Assembly (NCBI GenBank): GCA_964549685.1
Contig: CAZJVE010000003.1
Coordinates: forward strand, 1-64,000
From: an uncultured archaeon
GTDB lineage: Archaea; Altiarchaeota; Altiarchaeia; IMC4; QMZM01
Direction of reading: 5' to 3'
Length of the DNA stretch: 64,000 nt
Shown one piece after another: positions 26,548 to 35,861 of this stretch. Made by a program: the position numbers and the translations under genes. The notes beneath the pieces are model-generated. The model was not told the origin of the DNA. It saw nothing but the letters and a program-made list of their open reading frames with translations, and ran no database searches. Every line of letters begins with the position of its first letter. Position 1 is the first letter of the stretch.

Positions 26548-27027
26548 ATGGAAAAGAGACTAAGGCAATTCAACGTGGGGATGTTCATGATAGCGGCATT
26601 GATCCTGGGGGCTCTGGTCTTTACGGGCTTCATGTCGGGGCATCCATGGGCCCTGACCTGCTACCAGTGCAAGGCATGTAACCTCAAGTGCCCCTTGGGC
26701 TATGACGTTTCACTTTTTGTGGCGGCATCGGCAACGAACAATCCCAATCTTTATATGAGCGCAACGAATCTCCAGCTCACAGTGGAAGAGGCCTATGAAA
26801 CCGACAGGAATATGCTGGTGGAGGTTGAGGGGAAAAAGATGACGGCTGAGGAGGCCCATGGAGAATTCAAACCGGACATGGTGGTCTGGGCAAGGAAGCT
26901 CAGGGTTAAGGACGCTGCGAAATTCGACCCGATAGACGGGTACTGCGACAGCCTGTGTCCAATAGGCCTGCCGGTAACCAATGCGATAAGAGACCTCAAA
27001 TCGGACGGGGAATTCAACGGAAGATAA
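26548..27027 (+). CDS. Membrane-anchored Fe-S protein (HdrC-like Cys motif)
   Basis: N-terminal TM; CYQCKACNLKCP and a degenerate second motif DPIDGYCDSLCP. Confidence 0.7.
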   Translation: MEKRLRQFNVGMFMIAALILGALVFTGFMSGHPWALTCYQCKACNLKCPLGYDVSLFVAASATNNPNLYMSATNLQLTVEEAYETDRNMLVEVEGKKMTAEEAHGEFKPDMVVWARKLRVKDAAKFDPIDGYCDSLCPIGLPVTNAIRDLKSDGEFNGR

Positions 27028-27030
27028 AAA

Positions 27031-27636
27031 ATGGATAAGAAGAATCTCGTAATGTTTTTGGCGATAATGGGGGTCCTGGTGGCCCTCTCCTATGTAAACA
27101 TGCTCGGCGAGGGGGCTGAGTTAGTGAGAAAGGGAAAGCCGATAATCAGGGAGGCCTTCTCAGATGCCGATTATAAGATGGAAATAACCGACGGGAAGCT
27201 GTTAGTAAAATTTGCCTCATATGTTGCAAACGAGTACGAAGGCGAGTTCCTTGCAGTCTATGCCTATGACGCTGATGGAAACCACGTAATGAAGATGAAG
27301 AGGGTAGTCAATGGAAATATCGTCATAAACAAGGACGAGATTCCAAGCTTCGTGGCGAGCTTTGAAGGCAATGTGATAAAGGATATCGAAAAGGCCGAAC
27401 AGTCGCTCAGGTTCCTGGAGATATTGCAGGATGCAAAAAGGGAGGGTAGAAACCTCGGGGTTGAGAGGTGCCTCATGGGCAAGAGATGCATAGCCATCTG
27501 TCCTGCAGCAGCAATAGAGGTGCTGATAAGGGATGATGAAAGCAACGGCAGAATCATCCCAGACATAGATTACGATAAATGCATCGAGGGCGGTTTATGT
27601 GCCAGCAGGTGTCCAACCGATTTGATAGTAACATAG
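27031..27636 (+). CDS. Membrane-anchored protein with C-terminal ferredoxin domain
   Basis: N-terminal TM; CLMGKRCIAICP and CIEGGLCASRCP, each lacking one canonical Cys. Confidence 0.72.
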   Translation: MDKKNLVMFLAIMGVLVALSYVNMLGEGAELVRKGKPIIREAFSDADYKMEITDGKLLVKFASYVANEYEGEFLAVYAYDADGNHVMKMKRVVNGNIVINKDEIPSFVASFEGNVIKDIEKAEQSLRFLEILQDAKREGRNLGVERCLMGKRCIAICPAAAIEVLIRDDESNGRIIPDIDYDKCIEGGLCASRCPTDLIVT

Positions 27637-27637
27637 G

Positions 27638-27991
27638 ATGACAAGGATAACAGAAGTAACAAGAACTGGGAAGAGGGGAAAGATTGCGGTATTCTTCCTT
27701 ATAGCGGCAGTCCTGGGTCTTGGTCTCCTGCTGGTGGAAAAAGACGCCAGCAAATTCAATGCCCAGTGCCCGAGGGATTACTTCTGCGATAACAAATGCC
27801 CCGTGGATGCAATATCTCTCGACGAGCACGGGTTCCCCCAGATTGACAAGAGCGTATGCCTGTCATGGGTCCCCGAGAAAGATGAATTCGATTGGGATAA
27901 GTGCGGCCTGTGCCTGCAGGGGTGCCCTACAAGAGTCATAGATTTGCTGAACAGTGATTTTGAAGAAAGGGAAAAACACACGTTGAATTAA
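27638..27991 (+). CDS. Membrane-anchored ferredoxin
   Basis: TM; CPRDYFCDNKCP and C..CGLCLQGCP. Confidence 0.75.
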   Translation: MTRITEVTRTGKRGKIAVFFLIAAVLGLGLLLVEKDASKFNAQCPRDYFCDNKCPVDAISLDEHGFPQIDKSVCLSWVPEKDEFDWDKCGLCLQGCPTRVIDLLNSDFEEREKHTLN

Positions 27992-27992
27992 G

Positions 27993-28817
27993 ATGGATGA
28001 AAAGGAGGAAAACCCAAAGAAGGAGAATAATGGGGTGAATCAGAAGAAGCTCAGGAAGGCTAGCCAGGTCCTGGTGTTGATTCTAGTCCTGGTCCTAACT
28101 TATTTGGTATACAGCGTGGCATTCTCTGTCTGCTGGCTGGACCCGATGTGGCACCTACAGGCATTGTTCGCTAACAGGTTTGATACAGGTACGGATACGT
28201 ACTTCATGGAGGGGCTGACGAGAATTTTTGTCCCTTCCGTCCTCATCCTTGGGGCCTTCGTATTCCTTGCAATACTTTTCGGTAGGATATTCTGCGGCTG
28301 GTTCTGTCCGTTTGGAACCATGCTCGATTACATAGAGGGGATAAGCCCGTTCAGAGGGAAGCTTCATTTCCCAAGAGAGCTTAAAGACCCGGGCATAAAG
28401 TATTCAATACTCATAGGTTTCCTAATCCTTTCCCTTATGACGTCGCAGGAGGCCTTCTGCGAATTCTGTCCTGCAGGCACCGTATTAAAGGGGCTTACGG
28501 GGCATGTAATCTTCCTCTCGATTCCCGTCTTTATAGTGACCCTGTTTATCGTCCTCTTCTACGGAAGAAAGACGTGGTGCTCCTATCTCTGCCCCTTGGG
28601 GGCGTTCTTTGCACTCTTTACCAGATTCCACCTTTTCGGAATCAGAGCAAATAAGGAGGATTGCGTAAAATGCTTCATGTGCGACAAGGCATGCCCTATG
28701 GACGTCCTCGTAGTTGAGAAGTACATCCAAGAGGGTAAAAAAATAAACGACCCCGAATGCATCAAGTGCATGGATTGCGTTGATGCGTGCCCAAGAAAGA
28801 TACTAAAGTTTCCGTAA
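27993..28817 (+). CDS. NapH/RdxA-like membrane polyferredoxin
   Basis: GRIFCGWFCPFG, FCEFCPAG, WCSYLCPLG, CVKCFMCDKACP, CIKCMDCVDACP. Confidence 0.85.
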   Translation: MDEKEENPKKENNGVNQKKLRKASQVLVLILVLVLTYLVYSVAFSVCWLDPMWHLQALFANRFDTGTDTYFMEGLTRIFVPSVLILGAFVFLAILFGRIFCGWFCPFGTMLDYIEGISPFRGKLHFPRELKDPGIKYSILIGFLILSLMTSQEAFCEFCPAGTVLKGLTGHVIFLSIPVFIVTLFIVLFYGRKTWCSYLCPLGAFFALFTRFHLFGIRANKEDCVKCFMCDKACPMDVLVVEKYIQEGKKINDPECIKCMDCVDACPRKILKFP

Positions 28818-28818
28818 A

Positions 28819-29607
28819 ATGGTAGCATACCAGTTCATAACATCGGGAATAGCATCCATGTTGATACTGACTCCGTTAGCCATGATACTGTACATGGTTC
28901 TCAGGGACAAGGGGGCTGCCGTCCTCTGCATGGAGTGTCAGCAGTGCAGGGCCGTGTGTCCCGTAATTCGGGCCCATGACAGTTATGCAGGGCCGAAGGA
29001 CATAATGGTTGCCGTAAAATCCGGTAAATACGACCTGGCCCTGCAGGGAAACGCCGAATTATGCGCCTCCTGCGCCGCATGCACGGAGCGTTGTCCGAGA
29101 AAGCTGGGAGCAGACGAGGAAACAACAGGTATAGTATCAGCAGAAATGGAGGACATATTCGGCAGGGATACGATAAAATACATGGAGGGAATCCCCAACC
29201 CAAAGATGCAGCGAACCTATGAGGCGGTTATCAGAAGATTTGAGGGTAAGAAAACGGGCCTTCCATGGGACTGGGTAACCAAGAGTACACGGCTCAGGAA
29301 ATTTTATAATCCAATAGAGGACAAGCCGATGAAGGCCCAGATTAAGACACAGATTCCCGAGGCCGGGATGTCCCTTCTCACAGCAAAAGCAAATCTTTTC
29401 GGGGAAACTCCCCCCGAGCCGAAAGAGAGAGAAACTCCATCCGAAAGAGAGGCCGGGTTCGCAAAGCCGGATGGGGAGAAAACGTGTGAGATGGAAACGG
29501 AGAAGTCAAAACCTGCTGAACCCGTGGTGAAAGAAAAACCTGGTGAAGGGGAAGCAAAACCTGAGGAAAAATCTGAATCCAAAGAACAAAATGGCGGAGA
29601 AGTTTGA
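28819..29607 (+). CDS. Membrane-anchored HdrC-like 2x[4Fe-4S] protein with charged tail
   Basis: TM; CMECQQCRAVCP and CASCAACTERCP; E/K/P-rich C-terminus. Confidence 0.75.
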   Translation: MVAYQFITSGIASMLILTPLAMILYMVLRDKGAAVLCMECQQCRAVCPVIRAHDSYAGPKDIMVAVKSGKYDLALQGNAELCASCAACTERCPRKLGADEETTGIVSAEMEDIFGRDTIKYMEGIPNPKMQRTYEAVIRRFEGKKTGLPWDWVTKSTRLRKFYNPIEDKPMKAQIKTQIPEAGMSLLTAKANLFGETPPEPKERETPSEREAGFAKPDGEKTCEMETEKSKPAEPVVKEKPGEGEAKPEEKSESKEQNGGEV

Positions 29608-30364
29608 GATACCGGAACGGCTGATATTTTTCGAGGGATGCACGACCTCAAGGCTATTGAAGGAGATGAGACTCGCAACCTATGTAATCCTGGAGAGGGC
29701 AGTCGAGAAGGGAATCATAAAGGAGTACACGGTTCTCCCGAATGAGAGGTGCTGCGGTTATGCCTCGATGGTGATGGGGGACTTCAAGAACCAGAATAAA
29801 TGCCTTATCTTCAACCTGGACCAGATGACACGGCTCGGGATAAAGGATGTGTTCTTTACATGCGGGGCATGCACTCACTTCATGGGCGACTCTCCCGAAT
29901 TCAGGGCACGGGGTTTCAGGCCGATAAACATCATGGAGTTCCTGTATGCATTGATAAAGAACGGGCAGTTTGACAAGCTGATAGATAGGAAGCTCCCGAA
30001 AGGCTTCAAGATTACAGGCCATTATTCATGTCATCTGAGAAGGCTCTCAGGATTGAAGATGGATGAACTTTATAAGGAGATTGCAAACGCCCTGGGGGCA
30101 GAGTATGTTGAGATGCCCGATGCAACGGATTGTTGCGGGGCCGGCTCGGAGGGTAAGGTGGCAATAGAGATTGCAAAGAGGAAGGTTGAGAGCGCTGACA
30201 AAACCGATGCAGATATATGCCCACTGGCCTGTGCGGGCTGCGAAGCAATTCTAAGCATAGTCTCGAAGCAGAGTAAGAGCAAAACGAAATTTACCTCGCT
30301 GTCGACTGTAATCGCGAGTTGTATGACAGACCTTGATAAAAGGATTGAAAAACTAAATAAATAG
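29591..30364 (+). CDS. HdrB-like CCG-domain protein
   Basis: FEGC..RCCG..CGAC and HYSCH..DCCG..CAGC (two CCG domains); start ATG 29591. Confidence 0.8.
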   Translation: MAEKFEIPERLIFFEGCTTSRLLKEMRLATYVILERAVEKGIIKEYTVLPNERCCGYASMVMGDFKNQNKCLIFNLDQMTRLGIKDVFFTCGACTHFMGDSPEFRARGFRPINIMEFLYALIKNGQFDKLIDRKLPKGFKITGHYSCHLRRLSGLKMDELYKEIANALGAEYVEMPDATDCCGAGSEGKVAIEIAKRKVESADKTDADICPLACAGCEAILSIVSKQSKSKTKFTSLSTVIASCMTDLDKRIEKLNK

Positions 30365-30418
30365 GCTATGATGTAAATTCATACCAAAGTGAAAGCTATA
30401 GAATACCTAGTAAAGCTG

Positions 30419-31231
30419 ATGAAAAGTCAGGAGGGCGAGTGGAAGGTAGAGGAGTTGATGACGAAGGAGGTCATAACCATAGAGCCGGAAGCCACCGTCC
30501 ATGATGCCGTTGAGAAGATGAGGAAGTATGGAATCCATGGTATCATAGTTGCAAAAGATGATGATATGCTAGGTATTGTCAGCTATTATGACATTCTTCT
30601 CCTGATGGCAGGTAGGGAGCATGGGAAAAATGTCAGGGTGGAGGAGATAATGAATACTGACCTGATAACGGTTGATTCTGAAGAGGACATAATGGACTGC
30701 CTTGAGTTAATGCTGAAGAATCACGTCCTGAGATTGCCTGTTTTGGATAGTGGCAAATTAGTGGGGATTATAACAACTACGGATTTTGTAAACGTATTCG
30801 ACAAGGGCTTTGATGGTGAGGGGTCTTTCCATGCCAAAAAAAGTCCTGAATTGGTGGCTGAGAACATAATGCATAAGCCAGTTGTAATGATAGAGCCCAA
30901 CAAGAGTGTTTTTGAGGCGGCAAAGCTTATGACTGATAAGAACATCGGCTCTCTGGTTATAAACGACAACTGTAAGATTGGAATTGTTACGGAGAGTGAC
31001 ATCTTTAAGAGGGTCGTTGCCAAGGGCAAGGACAGCAGGAAGACAAAGGTGGGTGATGTTATGACCACCCCTTGCAAGACGGTGGGTCCAGATGCCGATA
31101 TAATCGAGGCCAGCAGGATATTCCACGACAACGACATAAGGAGGCTGCCTGTTGTTGAAGACTGCAAGGTTATCGGTATAATGGCAGTCGAGGACATCAT
31201 AGATACCATATCCCTGAGGAGAAGGTTCTAA
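30419..31231 (+). CDS. Tandem CBS-domain protein (4 CBS)
   Basis: Repeated LPV..GKLVGIIT..D and IM...V CBS signatures. Confidence 0.88.
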   Translation: MKSQEGEWKVEELMTKEVITIEPEATVHDAVEKMRKYGIHGIIVAKDDDMLGIVSYYDILLLMAGREHGKNVRVEEIMNTDLITVDSEEDIMDCLELMLKNHVLRLPVLDSGKLVGIITTTDFVNVFDKGFDGEGSFHAKKSPELVAENIMHKPVVMIEPNKSVFEAAKLMTDKNIGSLVINDNCKIGIVTESDIFKRVVAKGKDSRKTKVGDVMTTPCKTVGPDADIIEASRIFHDNDIRRLPVVEDCKVIGIMAVEDIIDTISLRRRF

Positions 31232-31233
31232 AT

Positions 31234-31977
31234 ATGCTCGAGACACTGTTTGAATTTCTGGGGTATGTAACCGAGAATGCCACGTCTTCCGTAACCTGGA
31301 GCTTCGTTGCAGGCTTCCTCTTCGGCCTGACATGCATCCAGTGCGTTCTTCCGATAGCGATTTACGGGGCCAAGGAGAAAAGCGGTAGAAAGGCCCTTCT
31401 CTTCGGGATTCTCTTCAATCTGCCCAGGATGCTCGTCTTTGTAGTTCTGGCAATTCTTGCGGCTGTCTCGATAGGAACAATCCAGAGTCTGGAGTCGACT
31501 TCCCCTACGCTCTTTGCTGCCACATGGGTAGTAACCGGTCTTGTCCTCATCATATTCGCCGCGGAGCTCTTTGGTTTATTCAATATCGACAGGGTTATCG
31601 GTGATAAGCTGGTTAATATGATGATGCCCCTGTTCAGGCAGAACTTCGAGTCCCACTCCCTCGGAGCGATTATTAGAGGGACTATGTTCAGCATCGCATG
31701 CGCCCTGGAATCCTCGCTGATACTTCTGGGCATATGGGGAATGGCCGTCCTCTCAACAGACAGTCTCTTTGCATTTCTTGCAGTTATGGCCTTTGGTCTG
31801 GGGAATATAACGTCCACGAGCCTTGCTGCTGCCTTCATGGGCTCGTCCACAAACCTCCTAGAGAACACGACAAAAATTAAAGTAAGAAAGTACGCGGCCT
31901 ATACAGGGAGCATAATAATCCTCTATCTCGGGCTGCAGTATCTGATTCTCGGCTCCCTTAGGCTTGGGATTCTGTAG
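31234..31977 (+). CDS. CcdA/DsbD-like transmembrane thiol protein
   Basis: 6-7 TM; GLTCIQCVLP in N-half and IACALES in C-half. Confidence 0.6.
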   Translation: MLETLFEFLGYVTENATSSVTWSFVAGFLFGLTCIQCVLPIAIYGAKEKSGRKALLFGILFNLPRMLVFVVLAILAAVSIGTIQSLESTSPTLFAATWVVTGLVLIIFAAELFGLFNIDRVIGDKLVNMMMPLFRQNFESHSLGAIIRGTMFSIACALESSLILLGIWGMAVLSTDSLFAFLAVMAFGLGNITSTSLAAAFMGSSTNLLENTTKIKVRKYAAYTGSIIILYLGLQYLILGSLRLGIL

Positions 31978-32007
31978 ATTGGTAAAAAAATAAGAAGAAA
32001 AAATAAT

Positions 32008-32184
32008 TTATTCTTCAGCCTCGTCAGGAACGACTAATGAGAGATTAACTCCCTTTATCTCGCCGCTTACAAACCTTGCAAGGGTCTGTATCGAGCCGGT
32101 ATAGAACATATCACCAACCCTGACGGTAAAGCCGTTGCCGGACTTTGTCTGGTTAATCCAGACATCTGACTTTTCTAAAGACAT
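32008..32184 (-). CDS. Small hypothetical protein (58 aa, not in ORF track)
   Basis: MSLEKSDVWINQTKSGNGFTVRVGDMFYTGSIQTLARFVSGEIKGVNLSLVVPDEAEE; GAGGTGG RBS, upstream TATA-like box, downstream T-rich tract. Confidence 0.7.
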   Translation of the reverse strand: MSLEKSDVWINQTKSGNGFTVRVGDMFYTGSIQTLARFVSGEIKGVNLSLVVPDEAEE

Positions 32185-32286
32185 ATTACCACCTCATTAT
32201 CTAATGGGTGTGGCCCTTATTATACAAATTCTGCGTTTATTTCGTATATTTAATGATTTTAATGCTGATTTCCAAGTATAGGTAGT

Positions 32287-33018
32287 ATGGAAATCAGGGT
32301 ACTGGAGTATAAGGGCGGGAAGCTGAGTGATGGAGAGCGCAGCGTTTCAGAGGAGAAACTGTTCCATATCCTTGTCAACGAAAAGCACCTCCTTTCCCTG
32401 TTCGCGCTTCCCAATAACCTAGAGGAGATGGTGACCGGTTTTCTTGTCTCAGAGGGAGTTACTGGCTATGAGAATGTCAAGGGGATAAGGAGGGCGAACT
32501 GCGAGCTGTGGGTAAAGACAAGGGAGGATATTCCTGAGTTGAAACCGGAGCTGAGAAGCTCGGGCTGCAGCGGAATTGCGATGTATAAGGCTCCAGAGCC
32601 GGTGGAATCAAAACAGGAATTTAATAGCAAGGTGATTGTGAATTCCCTGGAATATTTCAAAAAAGCTAAGGAGTGGAAAATCACTGGAGGTACTCACTTC
32701 GCGGCCTTAATCTCGGCGGATGGAAGATTTCTGCAGGGTTTTGAGGATGTGGGCAGGCACAATGCCCTGGACAAGGTCATAGGATGGGCCCTCATGAACA
32801 ATCATGGTCTGGCCGACAAATTCGTCCTCTTTACTGGAAGGCTCTCGACAGGGATGGTGATGAAGGCTGCGAGAGCGGGAATACCGCTGCTTGTCTCGAA
32901 TACCGCCGTGCTGTATCAAGCCATTCATCTTGCTGAGGAACTGAATATCACGCTGGTTGGATTCGCAAGGGGAGAGGAGTTCAATGTCTACAGCAACCTG
33001 TGGAGAATCGGGAAATAA
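32287..33018 (+). CDS. fdhD: Formate dehydrogenase accessory sulfurtransferase
   Basis: SSGC, TGGTH, EDVGRHNALDK, TGRLS, TLVGFAR. Confidence 0.9.
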   Translation: MEIRVLEYKGGKLSDGERSVSEEKLFHILVNEKHLLSLFALPNNLEEMVTGFLVSEGVTGYENVKGIRRANCELWVKTREDIPELKPELRSSGCSGIAMYKAPEPVESKQEFNSKVIVNSLEYFKKAKEWKITGGTHFAALISADGRFLQGFEDVGRHNALDKVIGWALMNNHGLADKFVLFTGRLSTGMVMKAARAGIPLLVSNTAVLYQAIHLAEELNITLVGFARGEEFNVYSNLWRIGK

Positions 33019-33019
33019 T

Positions 33020-34303
33020 TCAGCTCTCTATCTTCTTTATCTCTGCCAGGACCTGCTTCAGGGTGTCCACCGTGGACTTCGTCTCCTTTAACGGCGACTT
33101 GGCAAACTTTCTGACGCGTATCGGTACGTTGTCCATTCTGTAAAAGGTTCCCTCGCACTCCATCGCGTTCAGGACATCCGGGATGACAACGTTGCTGAGC
33201 ATGGTCGTGGGGCAGTGAGCAACCTCAACCGAGATTAGAGGTATGTCTGCGAGATGCTCTATGGCTTCTCTGGGAAGATGGGCCCCCAAATCGGCCCCTA
33301 CCACAAGGACCGCATCTACTTCGCCCCTCGCAAGCAGATCAACTGTTGTCGTTTCGCCGGGGTTGAAGCGGGGAATTCTCCTCGAATAGTCCACTCCGAA
33401 GGGATAGCCCGAGGTCCAGGTCATAATCTGATTGAAACCTGCAACGTTGCTGTGGCCCCTGTTTGCCAGAAGGATGAACCGTGAATAATTGTTTACGTTC
33501 TTCACGAGGCGCATCGCCTTCTCCAGGTTCCTATACTTTCCAACGGAGCTTGCTATTCCAAGGCCCACGAAAATGACACCGTACTTGCAGGACTTCATCA
33601 TCTCCGCGAGCTTCCTGACGGTTTTGGGTGGAACTCCCCCGACTGCCTTGTCTATGTCATGGCCGTTGATTACTGCACCTATGGCTGACATCAGCTCGAA
33701 GTCCTTGTTCGGCTCTATCTGTATGTGAAGGTCGGCAAGTTCCGCGGTTGGGGTCTTTCTTGGGTCCACCACTATGATGGTCCTCTCCTGACCACCGTGC
33801 TCCCTGAAGTAGCCCCGGGGGAACAATGAATAGCGGGATAACAGACGGGGATGCGATTCAATGGGGTTGCAGCCCCAGTATATCAGTAAATCGGCCCTGT
33901 TCTTGACCTCTCCGAGGGTTGCTGATGGGAGCCCGGCCTCCTGGATGCCGAGGACTGTCGGGCCGTGGCACATTGTCGAATTTCCATCCACCACTCCACC
34001 GAGGTATTCTGCCATTTCGATTCCGACTCTCATGGATTCCGTAGAAATCTCGCTGCCCATGAAGATTAGCGGCCTCTTTGCCTTGCCGAGAATTTCAGCA
34101 GTCTTTTTGATTGCATCCTTCCAGCCGGCTTTCTTTCCGTCTATTGTTGGAGTCAGGACTCTGTCCTTGTCCCTGAGCTTGTGGTACTTGGCCTCGCCCA
34201 TGCTGCATGCATTGTAGACCTTGATATCATCTCTTGTGAGTTCTATGTCTATGTCGTCGCATGCAAGCCCACAGACCGAGCAGGTTATGTCCTTATGCAG
34301 CAT
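33020..34303 (-). CDS. fwdB: Formylmethanofuran dehydrogenase subunit B
   Basis: CSVCGLACDDI, MCHGP (Cys ligand), WGCNP.ESHPR, RGHSNVAG, YRMDNVP. Confidence 0.93.
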   Translation of the reverse strand: MLHKDITCSVCGLACDDIDIELTRDDIKVYNACSMGEAKYHKLRDKDRVLTPTIDGKKAGWKDAIKKTAEILGKAKRPLIFMGSEISTESMRVGIEMAEYLGGVVDGNSTMCHGPTVLGIQEAGLPSATLGEVKNRADLLIYWGCNPIESHPRLLSRYSLFPRGYFREHGGQERTIIVVDPRKTPTAELADLHIQIEPNKDFELMSAIGAVINGHDIDKAVGGVPPKTVRKLAEMMKSCKYGVIFVGLGIASSVGKYRNLEKAMRLVKNVNNYSRFILLANRGHSNVAGFNQIMTWTSGYPFGVDYSRRIPRFNPGETTTVDLLARGEVDAVLVVGADLGAHLPREAIEHLADIPLISVEVAHCPTTMLSNVVIPDVLNAMECEGTFYRMDNVPIRVRKFAKSPLKETKSTVDTLKQVLAEIKKIES

Positions 34304-34805
34304 TCAGTTCACCCATGATTTTCTCAGCGAGCTGGTCTCTGTTCTCCTGGTTGATGATGAATTTCCTGAATTCTACGCCGGGGAATTTACTAGTGAATTC
34401 CTCAAGCATTTTCTTTCTGATTACGATGATTACGTCCTTCTCTGTTGCTATTGCCCTCTCGGCTTCTGGAGAGAGGCCGTCCCCTTTCCTTTCGAGAGGG
34501 CCTATCTCGTCGATGAAGACGAGGTCGGAGCCGTTTTCTATTGAGCAGTGAATTGCTTTTCTGCTAAGGGAAATTCCTTTTTTAGTTATAATATAATTTC
34601 CAACCGGAATCCCCTCTGCCTTTGAGTCCGTTGTTGCCATCTCCTCCTTTTCTCCCGTGGAGAGGTCAATGGCAGTGCTGCCCTCTCCAGCCCCAGGGCA
34701 GAGCACGCCGCCGCATTTCCTGCCGTTCTCTTCTGCAATCTCTACTATCCTTTCGCAGAGGGTTGTCTTCCCGACTCCCGAAATTCCCGATATGAGTATT
34801 TTCAT
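34293..34805 (-). CDS. THEP1-family NTPase
   Basis: Walker A GISGVGKTT, Walker B FIDEIGPLE. Confidence 0.8.
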   Translation of the reverse strand: MKILISGISGVGKTTLCERIVEIAEENGRKCGGVLCPGAGEGSTAIDLSTGEKEEMATTDSKAEGIPVGNYIITKKGISLSRKAIHCSIENGSDLVFIDEIGPLERKGDGLSPEAERAIATEKDVIIVIRKKMLEEFTSKFPGVEFRKFIINQENRDQLAEKIMGELNAA

Positions 34806-35461
34806 ATTCCTTTCACGCCCATGAGCCAGCAGAGCCCTGTGAGAAGGGCTGCAAGCTCGTAGAAGATTCCCGAGCGCACCGCCTTTTTCTGGATTAATGC
34901 CATTATGTCTCCCGCCCTGTAGCCGGCCATTACTGTAACCGCTGATAGCAGGGCGGCCTGCGTTCCGTCAGCCAGGATGAAATTCATCATGTCTGTCAGG
35001 GACATGTTCAGCCAGAATCTCGAGCCAATGCCCAGGTACTTGAAGACCATGCCGAAGCCCATATAGCTGAGGTAGGCGAAGCCCGCTCCTGTGGAGAGGT
35101 GGTTTATTATCGGTGCTTTTATCCTGTGCGTTACAGTAAGGACGGCGCCGAAGGCCATTGCCTCTATCAGTATGGAAATCATCGGCCTGAATACCATCGG
35201 GCTGGGGCCGACTATGAAGATGTCAAATCCTTTCAGGAGTGAGGCCACAGCACCAATGCCGAGCAGGAATCCTATCCTGTTACTCGGCCGGTATGTTCTC
35301 AGGGCCGCTGACATGAGGAACGCGCCGAGGGAGAACATTATCGCTCCCTTGAGCATGAAGTGAATCATGTGCAGGAATACGCCAAGCGTGGCCTCAAACA
35401 TTCCCCAGATTGAACCGAATAGTAGAATTCCAATCAGTATTTGTTTTTGTTTTTCATCCAT
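34802..35461 (-). CDS. Membrane protein, possible ECF S-component-like
   Basis: About 6-7 TM; GSIWGMFEATLG N-terminal motif. Confidence 0.55.
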   Translation of the reverse strand: MDEKQKQILIGILLFGSIWGMFEATLGVFLHMIHFMLKGAIMFSLGAFLMSAALRTYRPSNRIGFLLGIGAVASLLKGFDIFIVGPSPMVFRPMISILIEAMAFGAVLTVTHRIKAPIINHLSTGAGFAYLSYMGFGMVFKYLGIGSRFWLNMSLTDMMNFILADGTQAALLSAVTVMAGYRAGDIMALIQKKAVRSGIFYELAALLTGLCWLMGVKGI

Positions 35462-35462
35462 T

Positions 35463-35861
35463 TTAATCGCCTCTCAAAATTTGTTTTTTCATCAGGTTCT
35501 CGCAGTCCAGGACAGGGTCATCCGTGCCTTCAACCTTGGCCTCCATCCCCTTGTAGAACGGGGAGCCCGAGTCAAAGGTTTCGGAGCTGATGACCATATT
35601 GGCCCAGAGGCCCCTTGGAATAAAGGCATGGCCCTTCTTCACCCCGGGGTCTGATTTCGCATGGACAGTGACAGAGCCCGACTTTGTCTTTACCTTAACG
35701 TTCTCCAGGTAGGAACCCTTTCGGTACCATACTCTCTTGAAGTCTTCGGGGTTGAGGCTGCAGAAAGCCGCCTCCTTGGTGTATTGGGGAGTCATCTTCT
35801 TTCCGCCCTTCGTTACCTTGCCCTGATTTATGGTCGAGGCTGTATTCAGGATGACTTTCAT
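35463..35861 (-). CDS. fwdD: Formylmethanofuran dehydrogenase subunit D
   Basis: ILNTASTINQG, FIPRGLWAN, GSPFYKG; start MKVIL at 35861. Confidence 0.88.
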   Translation of the reverse strand: MKVILNTASTINQGKVTKGGKKMTPQYTKEAAFCSLNPEDFKRVWYRKGSYLENVKVKTKSGSVTVHAKSDPGVKKGHAFIPRGLWANMVISSETFDSGSPFYKGMEAKVEGTDDPVLDCENLMKKQILRGD

